DNA from: an uncultured Chloroflexia bacterium
GTDB taxonomy: Bacteria; Chloroflexota; Limnocylindria; Limnocylindrales; CSP1-4
Direction of reading: 5' to 3'
Assembly (NCBI GenBank): GCA_963715245.1
Contig: CAVQRM010000002.1
Location: 155,692-219,691, forward strand
DNA: 64,000 nt
The position numbers and the translations under genes are program-made. Positions 37,927 through 47,783 of this stretch are shown here, one piece after another. Below the pieces are notes generated by a model, which saw nothing but the letters and a program-made list of their open reading frames with translations, made no database searches and had not been told where the DNA came from. Position 1 is the stretch's first letter, and every line of letters begins with the position of its first letter.

Positions 37927-38751
37927 TCAGGGCGTCAACGAACGGCGCCCGCCCTGGCGCACGACGGTGCCCGCCGCCGCCGCCGCCGGGCGTGGGCGCC
38001 CACGCGAGACCGATCGGGGGAGCGACGCAGCCGGTGCCGGCGGCGGCGCAAGCAGGAGGCGCTCCCGGACGAGCGTCACGGGCTCGAGCCGGACGCCGAG
38101 CCGCTCCCCGATCGCGGCCAGGACCTCGTCGGGGCGTCCGATGCCGCGTTCGGGATCGTGACGGAGCGTCATCCGCAGACCGGGGCCGGCAGGCTCCACC
38201 TCGAGGCCCATCACGAACGGCCGCAGGTCGTAGCTGACCATTGACTGGCCTTTCAGCCGTTCCCGGAGCAGCGCCGGTTCCGCGAGCAGGTCTGCGCAGG
38301 CGCGCTCGAGGCCGGTTGCATCGATCGTGCCGTCCCCGAACATCGCGCGATATACGGACGCCGTGACCTGGCCCGGCAGCGCCGCTTCCCCGAGCCAGAC
38401 GTCGTGGACCTCGAGCAGCGCGTAGCCGGCCGGCACCGATGCCGAGAGGGCCTCGCGCACGCGCCAGACGGGCAGGCGCTGGGTGAGCCACACGTCGGCG
38501 AGCTCGGCCTCGCCCGGGATCGCCGCGCCCAGCGGCGCGGCCAGGGCGAGCCGTGGCCTGGGGGGCGCCCCGTCGAGGCCGGCGAACGGGAGACCCGACG
38601 AAACGAGCGCCCGCTCCCATGCCGCCAGCTGCTCGCGCTGCCCGGTCTCGCCCTCGAGGCGACCCCGCCCGAGCACGAGCCGCCACCGCTGCACGGCCTC
38701 GCGCGGCGGAGCCGACACGGGACGATCGGGGGGTTCGGGGTGGTCCGGCAC
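37927..38751 (-). CDS. DUF2344/TIGR03936-like (radical-SAM-linked) protein
   Basis: ..RWRLVLGRGRLEGE..ERALVSSGLPFAG..PRPRLALAAPLGAAIPGEAELADVWL.. resembles the family core; location upstream of rplU fits common synteny. Confidence 0.65.
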   Translation of the reverse strand: MPDHPEPPDRPVSAPPREAVQRWRLVLGRGRLEGETGQREQLAAWERALVSSGLPFAGLDGAPPRPRLALAAPLGAAIPGEAELADVWLTQRLPVWRVREALSASVPAGYALLEVHDVWLGEAALPGQVTASVYRAMFGDGTIDATGLERACADLLAEPALLRERLKGQSMVSYDLRPFVMGLEVEPAGPGLRMTLRHDPERGIGRPDEVLAAIGERLGVRLEPVTLVRERLLLAPPPAPAASLPRSVSRGRPRPAAAAAGTVVRQGGRRSLTP

Positions 38752-38852
38752 GGTGCTAGTCTGCCGGGAATGGAGCCAGTCGTCCCGCGCGTCTTCGGTC
38801 GCCCACGGCGGGCAGGTGCGGATTCGACGCGCCCCAACTGCTCGAGCGACGC

Positions 38853-39617
38853 GTGAATCTGCCCGACCCGTACAAGACGCTCCAGGTGGACCCCGAGGCC
38901 GAGGACGAGGTCATCGAGGCCGCCTATCGACGGCTTGCGCGCAAGTACCACCCGGACGTCGCGCCGGGTCCCGACGCGCAGGACCGGATGGTCAGGATCA
39001 ACCAGGCGTGGGAGGTGCTCCGCGATCCCACCAGGCGCGCCGCGCTCGATCGCGCGCGCACACGAACCGCCGGCTCCGCCGCGCGCGCTGCTGCGGCAGA
39101 TGCTCGAACCGCGGCCGCTGACGCTCGGGCGCGAGCGGCCGCGCAGGCCGCGAGCCAGGCCGCCCGAAGCCGGGCGGCAGCCGCTCCGCAGGCCGGTTCG
39201 CAGCCGCAGGGCGGGCCGGATCCCACGCCGTCGACCTGGGGGTTCCCCGGCGTCTATGATCCCGGGCCGGGCGACTTCCGCGCTCGGCCGCAGTTCGTGT
39301 CGCCCAACTGGACGTCCGGACGGTCGCAGAGCGGCCATGGCTACGACGCGGGTTCCATGGGGATGCCGCAGGGCGAAGGCGCCGCCGGTCCGCCGCCCGG
39401 CAACCCGCGCGGCAGCGTCCTCAACTTCGGCCGCTACTTCGGTTGGTCACTGGGCGAGATCGCGCGCGTCGACCTCGAGTATCTGGAGTGGCTCGACCGC
39501 GCCCCGATCGGGCGCCTGTACCAGGGCGAGATCGACGAGATCCTCCGTTCGAACAAGCGTCGCGTGACGGCCCCGACATCGGAGACCGGCGAGCGAGGCC
39601 TGTTCCGGCGCCGCTGA
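38853..39617 (+). CDS. J-domain (DnaJ-like) protein with Ala-rich linker and conserved C-terminal module
   Basis: ..PYKTLQV..EAAYRRLARKYHPD.. (HPD); C-terminal ..GRYFGWSLGEIARVDLEYLEWLDR.. Confidence 0.8.
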   Translation: MNLPDPYKTLQVDPEAEDEVIEAAYRRLARKYHPDVAPGPDAQDRMVRINQAWEVLRDPTRRAALDRARTRTAGSAARAAAADARTAAADARARAAAQAASQAARSRAAAAPQAGSQPQGGPDPTPSTWGFPGVYDPGPGDFRARPQFVSPNWTSGRSQSGHGYDAGSMGMPQGEGAAGPPPGNPRGSVLNFGRYFGWSLGEIARVDLEYLEWLDRAPIGRLYQGEIDEILRSNKRRVTAPTSETGERGLFRRR

Positions 39618-39648
39618 CTCCGGTTCCGGCGCCGACGCGAACCGCCGG

Positions 39649-40986
39649 CTACGCGGGAGTCGGGGCCCGCTCCGCCGCCTCCGTCTCCGCCTGCGCCTTC
39701 GGCACCACCCAGGCGAGCAGGTAGGGCGCGACGACCGTCGTGATCACCACGGCGACGAGCATCGCGGCAAACAGCGTCGGGCCAACCACCCCGGTCACGA
39801 GGGCGAGGTTCGCCACCACGATCCCCACCTCGCCGCGTGGCACCATCCCAAACCCGACGGCCGTCGAGCTCCAGCGCCCGATCGACCAGGCACCGATGAT
39901 CCCGCCGACGGCCTTGGTGATGACGCCGACCACGCCGAGGGCGATGGCGAGCACCGCGATCTCGGGGTCGGCCAGCACCGAGAAGTCGAGCTGGGCACCG
40001 GTCACGGCGAAGAAGAACGGCGTGAAGATGGACGCGAGCGGCTTGAAGTCGTGCTCCAGCTCGTCGACGGCCTCGGTCTCGGCGACGATCAGGCCCGCGA
40101 CGAACGCGCCGATGATCCCCGCGAGGCCGATCGTGGCTGCCAGCAGCGCGACGGCCAGCATGAGCAGGAACGAGGGCACGAGCGGCGTATCGGCGAACAG
40201 CGGCCAGGTGAACACCCGGGACGGGATGCCCCGTGCGCGCCGGGCGGCGGCAAAGCCGAGCACGACAAGGCCGATGCCCGCGACGCCGACCAGCACCGTG
40301 TTCGCCGAGATGTTGCCCTCGGCGGCACCTGAGGCGAGCCCGATGAGCACGAGCGCGAGGATGTCGTCGACGAGGGCGGCGCCGATGATCACCTTCGCGA
40401 ACTTCCTGTCCAGCACCCCCATGTCGCGCAGGACCTTGCTCGTGATCCCGATGCTCGTCGCGGCGAGGGCGAGGCCGACGAAGAACGCGGCGATCGGCTC
40501 GCTGCCGAGGGCGGAAGCGAGCCCGAACCCGGCCACGATCGGCAGGACCATCGCGATGAGGGCGGTGAGGATCGCCGGCTTGCCGACCGAGAACAGGTCG
40601 TCGGTTCGCACCTCGAGCCCGACGGTGAACAGCAGCACGACGACGCCGATCTCGGCAAAGACCGCCGCGGTCTCGCCGGGCGTCACCAGTCCGAGCGCGT
40701 AGGGCCCCACGACAAACCCGCCGAGGAGCTCGCCCACGACACCGGGCTGGCCGAGGCGCCGCATCAGCTCCTCGCCCAGCTTCGCGCCGAGCAGGAGGAT
40801 GAACAGGCCGAGCAGGACGCCGAGAATCTCCTCGCCGATCCCGGCGGCGGGCGCCAGGGCGCCATCCTTGGCCGGCTCGAGCAGCGCGGCGAGCACAGGC
40901 CGAGCGGCAAGGCCCACCACCGCCGCCCCGAGCATGGCGCCGATCGCGATGGGACGGGTGAGGCGAACGGGACGGCGGTCGGTCAT
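39649..40986 (-). CDS. Cation:proton antiporter (CPA2/Kef-type Na+/H+ exchanger family)
   Basis: ATG 40986 overlaps the upstream stop (ATGA); about 12 TM helices; ..GELLGGFVVGP..FAEIGVVVLLFTVGLE.. motifs. Confidence 0.85.
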   Translation of the reverse strand: MTDRRPVRLTRPIAIGAMLGAAVVGLAARPVLAALLEPAKDGALAPAAGIGEEILGVLLGLFILLLGAKLGEELMRRLGQPGVVGELLGGFVVGPYALGLVTPGETAAVFAEIGVVVLLFTVGLEVRTDDLFSVGKPAILTALIAMVLPIVAGFGLASALGSEPIAAFFVGLALAATSIGITSKVLRDMGVLDRKFAKVIIGAALVDDILALVLIGLASGAAEGNISANTVLVGVAGIGLVVLGFAAARRARGIPSRVFTWPLFADTPLVPSFLLMLAVALLAATIGLAGIIGAFVAGLIVAETEAVDELEHDFKPLASIFTPFFFAVTGAQLDFSVLADPEIAVLAIALGVVGVITKAVGGIIGAWSIGRWSSTAVGFGMVPRGEVGIVVANLALVTGVVGPTLFAAMLVAVVITTVVAPYLLAWVVPKAQAETEAAERAPTPA

Positions 40987-42248
40987 AGGAGGTAGCGCAC
41001 CCACAGGTAGATCGAGGAGATCGCGAGCGACGCGACGACGACGACGACACCGTATCGCAGGAACGCCCGGAAGCTGATCGGATGCCCGGCCCGGGCCGCG
41101 AGGCTGATGACGACCACGTTCGCCGAGGCGCCCACGATGGTTCCGTTGCCGCCCAGGTCGGCGCCCAGGGCGAGTGCCCACCATGCCGGCTCGATCGGGA
41201 TCCCCTGGCTGCCCAGGTCGACCACGAGCGGGATCATGGTCGCCGTGTACGGGATGTTGTCGACGATCGCCGAGATGAACCCGCTCGCCCACAGCAGGCC
41301 GATGACGGTGATGGTGGGATCACCGCCGGTGATCTCCAGCAGCAGGTCGGCCGCCGCCTCGATGAACCCGACCTCCACGATGCCCTCAACGAGCATGAAC
41401 AGGCCGATGAAGAAGAACAGCGTCGGCCACTCGATCTCCCGGAGCACGGGGCCGGGCTCGAGGCGCGCGACGAGCAGCAGCGCGGTCGCGCCGAGCAGCG
41501 CGACCGTCGCCGCCTCCAGCCCCAGCTGGCGATGGATCAGGAAGCCGCCGATCGTGAGCCCGATCACGATCAGCGAGAGCCGCATGGTCCGGGGATCGGA
41601 GATGACCTCCGATTCGTCGAGGGCGAGCACGTCATCCCGGACGCGCTCGTCCACCGCGAGGGTCCCGTGGAACAGGTACCGGAGCATGACGAGCAGGGCC
41701 AGGAAGATGAGCACGATGACCGGTCCGAGGTTCGCGATGAAGGACACGAAGTCGAGACCGGAGGCGGATCCGATGAGGATGTTCGGCGGGTCACCGACGA
41801 GCGTCGCAGCACCACCGATGTTCGAGGCGAGGATCAGCGCGATCAGGAACGGCGCCGGCGACACGCGGAGCACCGACGCGACGTAGAGGGTCACGGGGAC
41901 GATGAGGACGACGGTCGTGACGTTGTCCAGGAACGCCGAGAGGATGGCGGTGATCGTGGCCAGGAGGGCCATCAGCAGATACGGACGGCCGCCGGCGAGC
42001 TTCGCGGCACGGATCCCGACGAGCGCGAAGAATCCCGTCCGCCCCAGGATGTTCGCGAGCGCCATCATCCCGGCGAGCAACAGGATGACGTTGAGATCGA
42101 TGGCCTCGAACGCCTGCTCCTGGCTGATGACGCCGAACACGACCATCAGCAGCCCGCCCGCGAGCGCCGCGACCGTCTTGTCGAGCCGCTCGGTGGCGAT
42201 CAGCGAGTACGTGCCGAGAAAGATGATCGCGGCGATCCATGCGTCCAT
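40983..42248 (-). CDS. ArsB/NhaD-superfamily permease
   Basis: 421-aa polytopic ORF; ..LSAFLDNVTTVVLIVPV.. and ..SAIVDNIPYTATMIPLV.. duplicated motifs. Confidence 0.85.
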   Translation of the reverse strand: MDAWIAAIIFLGTYSLIATERLDKTVAALAGGLLMVVFGVISQEQAFEAIDLNVILLLAGMMALANILGRTGFFALVGIRAAKLAGGRPYLLMALLATITAILSAFLDNVTTVVLIVPVTLYVASVLRVSPAPFLIALILASNIGGAATLVGDPPNILIGSASGLDFVSFIANLGPVIVLIFLALLVMLRYLFHGTLAVDERVRDDVLALDESEVISDPRTMRLSLIVIGLTIGGFLIHRQLGLEAATVALLGATALLLVARLEPGPVLREIEWPTLFFFIGLFMLVEGIVEVGFIEAAADLLLEITGGDPTITVIGLLWASGFISAIVDNIPYTATMIPLVVDLGSQGIPIEPAWWALALGADLGGNGTIVGASANVVVISLAARAGHPISFRAFLRYGVVVVVASLAISSIYLWVRYLL

Positions 42249-42257
42249 CCGGCGCCG

Positions 42258-42815
42258 TCAGGAGAGGTCTTGGACCGGCGGGTCGTGTACGTCGCCCACG
42301 AGCGCGTGATGGGTCCCCTGCTCGGCCTCCAGGGCCTCGACGTACCGCATCGCGAGCTCCTGCATGTCGATGTAGCCCGTCGGTCGTCCATCGGCGTCCA
42401 CCACATACAGGCCCGACAGGCCACGCTGGTGCATCTGGCGGAAGGCCTCGCTGATCGTGCGGTCACCCGCGATCTGGGCCGGTGGCTCGACGATCTCCCC
42501 GATCGTTCGCGCCTGGAGGGCGTGGGCGAACCGGCCGACGTCGTCGAGGTCGCTGATATCGCCCGCGTCGGTGAAGAACGCCTCGGGGACCGCGTGCGCC
42601 ACGACGGCCTTGGCGAGCTCGGCGACGGGGACCACGCCCACGAGGCGCCCGTCGGCGTCGGTGACCCCGATGATGCGCGTCGACGGATGCTGCGCAGCGA
42701 AGCGCATCGCGGCGAGGAGATCCTCATCCCGGCCGATGAGCAGCGGTTCGATCGCGAGATAGCCCTGTGTCGCGGCGACCGGGGTCCGTCGCGCGAGTCT
42801 GAGGCTCCGGGTCAC
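42258..42815 (-). CDS. CBS-domain pair protein (start uncertain)
   Basis: Two CBS-like modules (..IIGVTDADGRLVGVV.., ..GLYVVDADGRPTGYI..); heads a three-gene transporter operon. Confidence 0.7.
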   Translation of the reverse strand: MTRSLRLARRTPVAATQGYLAIEPLLIGRDEDLLAAMRFAAQHPSTRIIGVTDADGRLVGVVPVAELAKAVVAHAVPEAFFTDAGDISDLDDVGRFAHALQARTIGEIVEPPAQIAGDRTISEAFRQMHQRGLSGLYVVDADGRPTGYIDMQELAMRYVEALEAEQGTHHALVGDVHDPPVQDLS

Positions 42816-42924
42816 CCGTCCCGCTCGCCGCGGGCCGCCACCACCCGCAACGCGCTGCCCCGGGGGCCCACGTCCATCGTCTCGGTTGCGCCCGCCGCTG
42901 GGCGGCATCCCTGCCAGATCGTCA

Positions 42925-44088
42925 TCACCACTCCGCGCGGCGGTGCTGCCTGATGTTGATGCTCTGGACGATACCGAGTCCGATCGCCAGCGTCACGAGC
43001 GATGAGCCACCGTTGCTGATGAAGGGGAGCGGGATCCCGGTGACGGGCATGATCCCGATGACCATCCCGACGTTGACGAACGCCTGGAACAGGAGCATCG
43101 CCGCCAGGCCTGCGCCGAACAGGGTGCCGAACGGGTCGCGCGAGTGCCACGCGGACGCGAGGATGCGCCACAGCAGTGCCGCGAACAGCAGGAACACGAC
43201 GAGCGCACCGATGAACCCGAGCTCCTGGGCGAGGACCGCGAACACGAAGTCGCTCTCCTGGACCGGGAGGAATTCGCCCCGCGACTGGGTGCCGTTCGTG
43301 AGACCCGTGCCGAGCAGCCCGCCCGAGCCGACGGTGATCTGCGACTGGAAGACCTGCCAGCCCGCACCCTGCGTGTCCGCAGTGGGATTGAGGAACGAGA
43401 GGATCCGGTCCTTCTGGTAGTCACGGAGCACGTAGCTCCACGCAAGCGGGATCGCCGCAAGCGCCGCGATCGCACCCGCGAGCAGCCAGCGCAGGCTCGC
43501 TCCGGACATGAACAGCATCCCGGCCAGGATCGCGAGGAGCACCAGGGAGGTGCCGAGGTCCGGCTGCATCATCACGAGCACCCACGGGGGCGCCATGAGC
43601 AGGCACGCGCCCAGGATGGACCACAGCGAATCCAGCTTCCCCTCGCGGTTGCCGAGGTACGTGGCGAGGACCGTGATCATGAGGATCTTGGCGAGCTCGG
43701 AGAACTGGAAGGTCAGCGGGCCGAGGCTCACCCAGCGCGAGGAGTCGCCGACCCCGCCGCCGAACGCGAGGGTGAACGCGAGCAGCCCGATGTTGACGAA
43801 GTAGAGCGGCCACGCGAGCGTCTTCAGCCAGCGATAGTCGAACAGCGTCGCGAGGACGAACACGACCATGCCGAGGCCGGACCACATCAGCGCACGCGTG
43901 AAGGTGGTCCCGCTGTCGAGCGCCGACTCGCCTGCCTCGATGCTGTTCGTGTAGGCCATGATCAGGCCGATCGCGCCCAGCAGGGCCACGTACGTGGTGA
44001 GCTGCAGGTCGTAGGCGCGCCAGATCGCCCCGACGGACCTCGTGGTCACGTCGGCGAAGCGGTTCGGCTCGGCCCGCATCACGCGCAT
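42925..44088 (-). CDS. rodA: Rod-shape-determining SEDS glycosyltransferase RodA
   Basis: ..FQFSELAKI..LGTGLTNGTQ..LPVQESDFVFAVLAQELG..MPVTGIPLPFISNGGSS.. Confidence 0.9.
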   Translation of the reverse strand: MRVMRAEPNRFADVTTRSVGAIWRAYDLQLTTYVALLGAIGLIMAYTNSIEAGESALDSGTTFTRALMWSGLGMVVFVLATLFDYRWLKTLAWPLYFVNIGLLAFTLAFGGGVGDSSRWVSLGPLTFQFSELAKILMITVLATYLGNREGKLDSLWSILGACLLMAPPWVLVMMQPDLGTSLVLLAILAGMLFMSGASLRWLLAGAIAALAAIPLAWSYVLRDYQKDRILSFLNPTADTQGAGWQVFQSQITVGSGGLLGTGLTNGTQSRGEFLPVQESDFVFAVLAQELGFIGALVVFLLFAALLWRILASAWHSRDPFGTLFGAGLAAMLLFQAFVNVGMVIGIMPVTGIPLPFISNGGSSLVTLAIGLGIVQSINIRQHRRAEW

Positions 44089-44100
44089 CGACGGCTGTCC

Positions 44101-46003
44101 CTAGTTGCTCTGGTAGAAGTTGCCGCGATCGAGGAGATCGTGGTTCAGGTAGTCCTTCTTGATCTTGAAGTGCAGCTGGAGGAACGCCTTCGCGATCTCG
44201 GTGCCGGCGTTGCCCTTCGTGCGCGAGTCATACGCGAAGGCGAGGAACACGAGCTCCGAGTCCGCCTTCGAGAAGTTGGCCTTGTACGGGTTCTTCGGGA
44301 CGAAGCCGACGAACCACGAGTGGTACGGGAGCCGGCCCTTGCTGTCCCGGAGGCCGAACTCCGCGGTGCCCGACTTGCCAGCCACCTTGACGGGCATATC
44401 GACAAGGTTGTAGGTGTGGCGCAACGTGACGGTCGAGCGACCCGCGAGGCGCATCGCCCTGAACGTCGCCTGCGAGACCTTCATCTTGCGGATCAGGTCC
44501 TTCTCGAAGGGCTTGATCACCGTTCCGTCCGGTCCGATCACCTCGCGCACGAGCTGCGGCCGATACAGCTTGCCGCCGTTCGCCAGCGCCGCATAGGCGT
44601 TGATGAGCTGGATCGGCGTGACCACGTCGTAGCCCTGGCCGATCCCCGCCTGGTAGACCTCACCGCCGGTCATCCGCTGCCCGAACGTGTCGATCTTCCA
44701 CTGGTTCGACGGCACGATGCCGGACGCCTCTCCCGGCAGGTCGATCCCGGTCGGCTTCCCGAAGCCGTACTGGCGCGCCCAGTAGGCGAGCCGATCCGCG
44801 CCAAGCATGCCCGCCAGCTGGAAGAAGTACGTGTCCGACGAGTGGCCGAACCCGCAGTTCATGTCACACATCCCGAACCCGGCGCGGTTCCAGTCGTAGA
44901 AGCGGGTCCCGCCGAGCGTGAGATAGCCCGCAGTGCGGATTCTCGTCTTGGGCGTGATCTTCTTGTCGGCGAGGGCGCCTGTCCCTGCCACGAGCTTGTA
45001 CGTGGATCCCGGCGGGTAGTGGGCCTGGACCGCGTGGTTGGTGAGCGGCTTGTCCTTGTTCTTGTTGAGCTTCGCGAAGTCCTTGTTCGAGATCCCCTTT
45101 GCGAAGAGGTTGTTGTCGTACGACGGGAGGCTGACGAGCCCGAGGACCTCCCCGGTCTGGGGGTTCATCACGATGAACACGCCACGCTTGAGGCCGGCGG
45201 CCTTCATGCCCCACTTGAGCGCTTGCGTCGCCTGGTTCTGGATCGTCCGGTCGATCGTCAGCGTGAGCGACGCCCCTGGCACGGCATCCTGGACCGTGCG
45301 GAGCACCTGGATGTCCCGGCCGGTGGCATCGCGTTCGACGAGCTCCGTGCCGTAGGTGCCGCGGAGCTCCTCCTCGAACGTGGCCTCGACGCCGGCCTTG
45401 CCGATCATGTCGTCGGCGAGGTAGCCGCTGTTGCGCAGCCGCGCGTAGGCGGCGCCGTCGATCGGCCCCGTGTAGCCCGAGGATGTGCGCGAGGAGGGGC
45501 CCGTCCGGGTACTCGCGTCGGGTCTCGACGACGACGTGCACGCCCGGCAGCTCGTCGGTCGACTCGGAGACGAGGCGGGCCGTCTGTTCCGGTACGTCCT
45601 GCGCGATCCGCACGGGTCGAAACGCGAGCCTGGGGCACTGTCGAGCGTGGCCAGGATCTCCGTGGGACTCGATCCCGAGCAGCGAGCCGAGTCGCTGGGC
45701 GACGTCCTCGCGCCTGCTGAACGGCAGGTCGGACGGCGTGATCTTCACCGCCAAGGTCGCGACGTTCGAGACGAGCAGCCGACCCTTGCGGTCGTAGATG
45801 AGCCCGCGCGGCGCAGGCACGGAGACCTCGACGGTGCGCTGCGTCTCGGCTCGCGCCGCAAGGGTCGGCCGTTGGTGATCTGGAGGTAGGCGAGCCGCGC
45901 CGTGAGGAGACCGAAGATCAGGATCGTGACGATCCCGAACGTGACGAAGCGGAGCGGACGTCGGTCCCGCTCGCGGCTTCTGGACGAGGTAGGCGTCGTT
46001 CAC
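44101..46003 (-). CDS. mrdA: Penicillin-binding protein 2 (elongasome transpeptidase); at least 5 frame breaks, all in 45,460-45,990
   Basis: Intact 3' two-thirds with STYK (SxxK) and KSGTAE motifs; N-terminal TM (RFVTFGIVTILIFGLLTARLAYLQITNG) and ..APRGLIYDRKGRLLV.. lie in alternating frames. Confidence 0.85.
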
Positions 46004-46499
46004 CAGTCAACCCGCTCTTCGCGACGACGCAGCGCGATCGCGACCGTCAGGGGCCCGAACACCGCCGCGAGGACCACGTCGTAGACCGCTGACGGGCACG
46101 ACGGTTGCCAGGGCGGTGTCCGAGAGCGACGCCGTGGAGAGGGCCGTGGTCGCGATGAGCAGCAGCATGGAGTAGATCGGGCTCGCGATGGCAGTGGCGA
46201 TGACAGGAGCGACGATCCTCACCCGGCCGAAGAACCCGCCGATGAGCGAGGCAACGCCGATCGCGACCAGCAGTGAGAAGGCAGACGAGCCGAGCGGCCG
46301 CTGACCAAGGATGTCGAGGGCGAGCCCACCGACGAACGCCCAGACGAGCCCGACCTCGAGGCCACCCGCGATGGCCCAGATGACGCCGAAGACGAGGACG
46401 GGATGCGGTACGGCATCGCCGATCTTCAGGTATGGGACGACGGTGAACTCGAACAGCGCAGCCACCACGGCAGCCGCCGCGGCGATGGTGAAGTTGCAT
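46000..46499 (-). CDS. mreD: Rod-shape-determining protein MreD; frame breaks right after the ATG (~46492) and near 46090
   Basis: About 5 TM helices ..FTIAAAAAVVAALFEFTVVPYL..PVLVFGVIWAIAGG..; reconstructed C-terminus ..VYDVVLAAVFGPLTVAIALRRREERVDW; stop overlaps the mrdA GTG. Confidence 0.65.
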
Positions 46500-46718
46500 G
46501 TGGCGATCGATCCTCGGCTGACGAGCCGACGGTCGGGCGCAAGCGGTGGCGACCGCGACGACGGGTGACAGCAAAGCTCCCGGCAAGTATCCCATGGCCC
46601 ACCCGAACCGGCAATTGCCCGGTCGGGCGAAATGGTCCCGATTCTCGGTCCCCGGATGGCCCACGCCGGGCGGCCGGCGTCGATCCAGGCGACCCCTGGC
46701 ACGGCCCGGGCGGAGCGG

Positions 46719-46734
46719 TGTTTCACGTGAAACG
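46719..46734. promoter_or_regulatory. parS centromere-like site TGTTTCACGTGAAACG
   Basis: 15/16 match to the consensus TGTTNCACGTGAAACA; perfect 14-bp palindrome core; 170 bp upstream of parA; a half-site GTTTCACG at 46761-46768. Confidence 0.75.
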
Positions 46735-46862
46735 GCTACACGGGTCGGCGGCAGCTCGCCGTTTCACGAGGGACGGGCCGGCGAACCGGCAAAGCCGGCG
46801 ATAAGCGGCGCCGCGGATGATCTCAGGGCCCTGGCCCGAGAGGCCGGGCACGGGGGTCCCGA

Positions 46863-46871
46863 TGCTAGAAT
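46863..46871 (+). promoter_or_regulatory. Extended -10-like element TGcTAGAAT upstream of parA
   Basis: 36 nt upstream of GTG 46907; GGAGG RBS at 46897-46901; no good -35. Confidence 0.35.
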
Positions 46872-46906
46872 TCGAGCACATGAGTACGACTGGAACTGGA
46901 GGCTGA

Positions 46907-47783
46907 GTGGGCCAGACGATCGCCTGCACCAATCAGAAAGGCGGCGTCGGGAAGACCACGACCGTGGTCAATCTCGCAACCTATCTGGCTCTCCTCGGTG
47001 ACCGCGTCCTCGTCATCGACCTCGATCCCCAGGGCAACGCGACGAGCGGCTTCGGGGTCGACCGCTCCGCCCTGGACGGCTCGATCTACGACGCGCTCAT
47101 CGACGAGCGGCCGCTCGGTGACCTGCACGTCGCGACACCCGTCGAGGGCCTGCGTCTCGTCCCGTCGTCGATCGCGCTCGCCGGGGCGGAGGTCGAGCTC
47201 GCCAGCGAGAAGCGCCGCGAGCGGCGCCTCGCGCGCGCGATCGACCGGGAGGCGGCGAACTGGGACTGGGTCCTCGTCGACTGCCCGCCGTCGCTTGGCC
47301 TGCTGACGGTGAACGCGCTGACCGGCGCGGACGCGGTGCTGATCCCGATCCAGTGCGAGTACTACGCGCTCGAGGGCCTCACGCAGTTGATCGCGACGGT
47401 CAACCTCGTGCGCGACCACCTCAACCCCGAGCTGGCGATCTCCGGTGTCGTGCTGACGATGTTCGACGCACGGACGAACCTGTCGGCCGAGGTCGCCGCC
47501 GAGGTCCGGCGGCACCTGCGACGACGCCGTCTTCGACACGATCGTGCCCCGCAGCGTCCGCCTCTCCGAGGCACCGAGCCATGGGCTGCCCGATCGCGCT
47601 GTACCGCCCGGACTCCAAGGGCGCCGAGGCGTACGAACGCTCGCCGCCGAGCTGCGGGGGCGGCGAGGACCTGGGACGATGGCTGCTCGTGCGATGGCAT
47701 CCGACGCGGTCGCGACCGAGACCGGCCGCGGCGCTGGTGCCGCAGCGACGGCAGCGGCGGCGTACGCAGGAGCGGTCGCGTGA
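46907..47783 (+). CDS. parA: Chromosome partitioning ATPase ParA/Soj; about 3 frame breaks in 47,515-47,650
   Basis: ..NQKGGVGKTTT.. deviant Walker A, ..VLVIDLDPQGN..VLVDCPPSLG..; C-terminus ..FDTIVPRSVRLSEAPSHGLP|IALYRPDSKGAEAYER|LAAEL.. alternates frames. Confidence 0.85.

Noticed and set aside
46500-46906. A possible oriC in the parS-containing spacer.
   Set aside because: There is no cluster of DnaA boxes (the best is gTATCCcAt, 6/9), no AT-rich unwinding element, and no adjacent dnaA. I report only the parS site and the strand switch.
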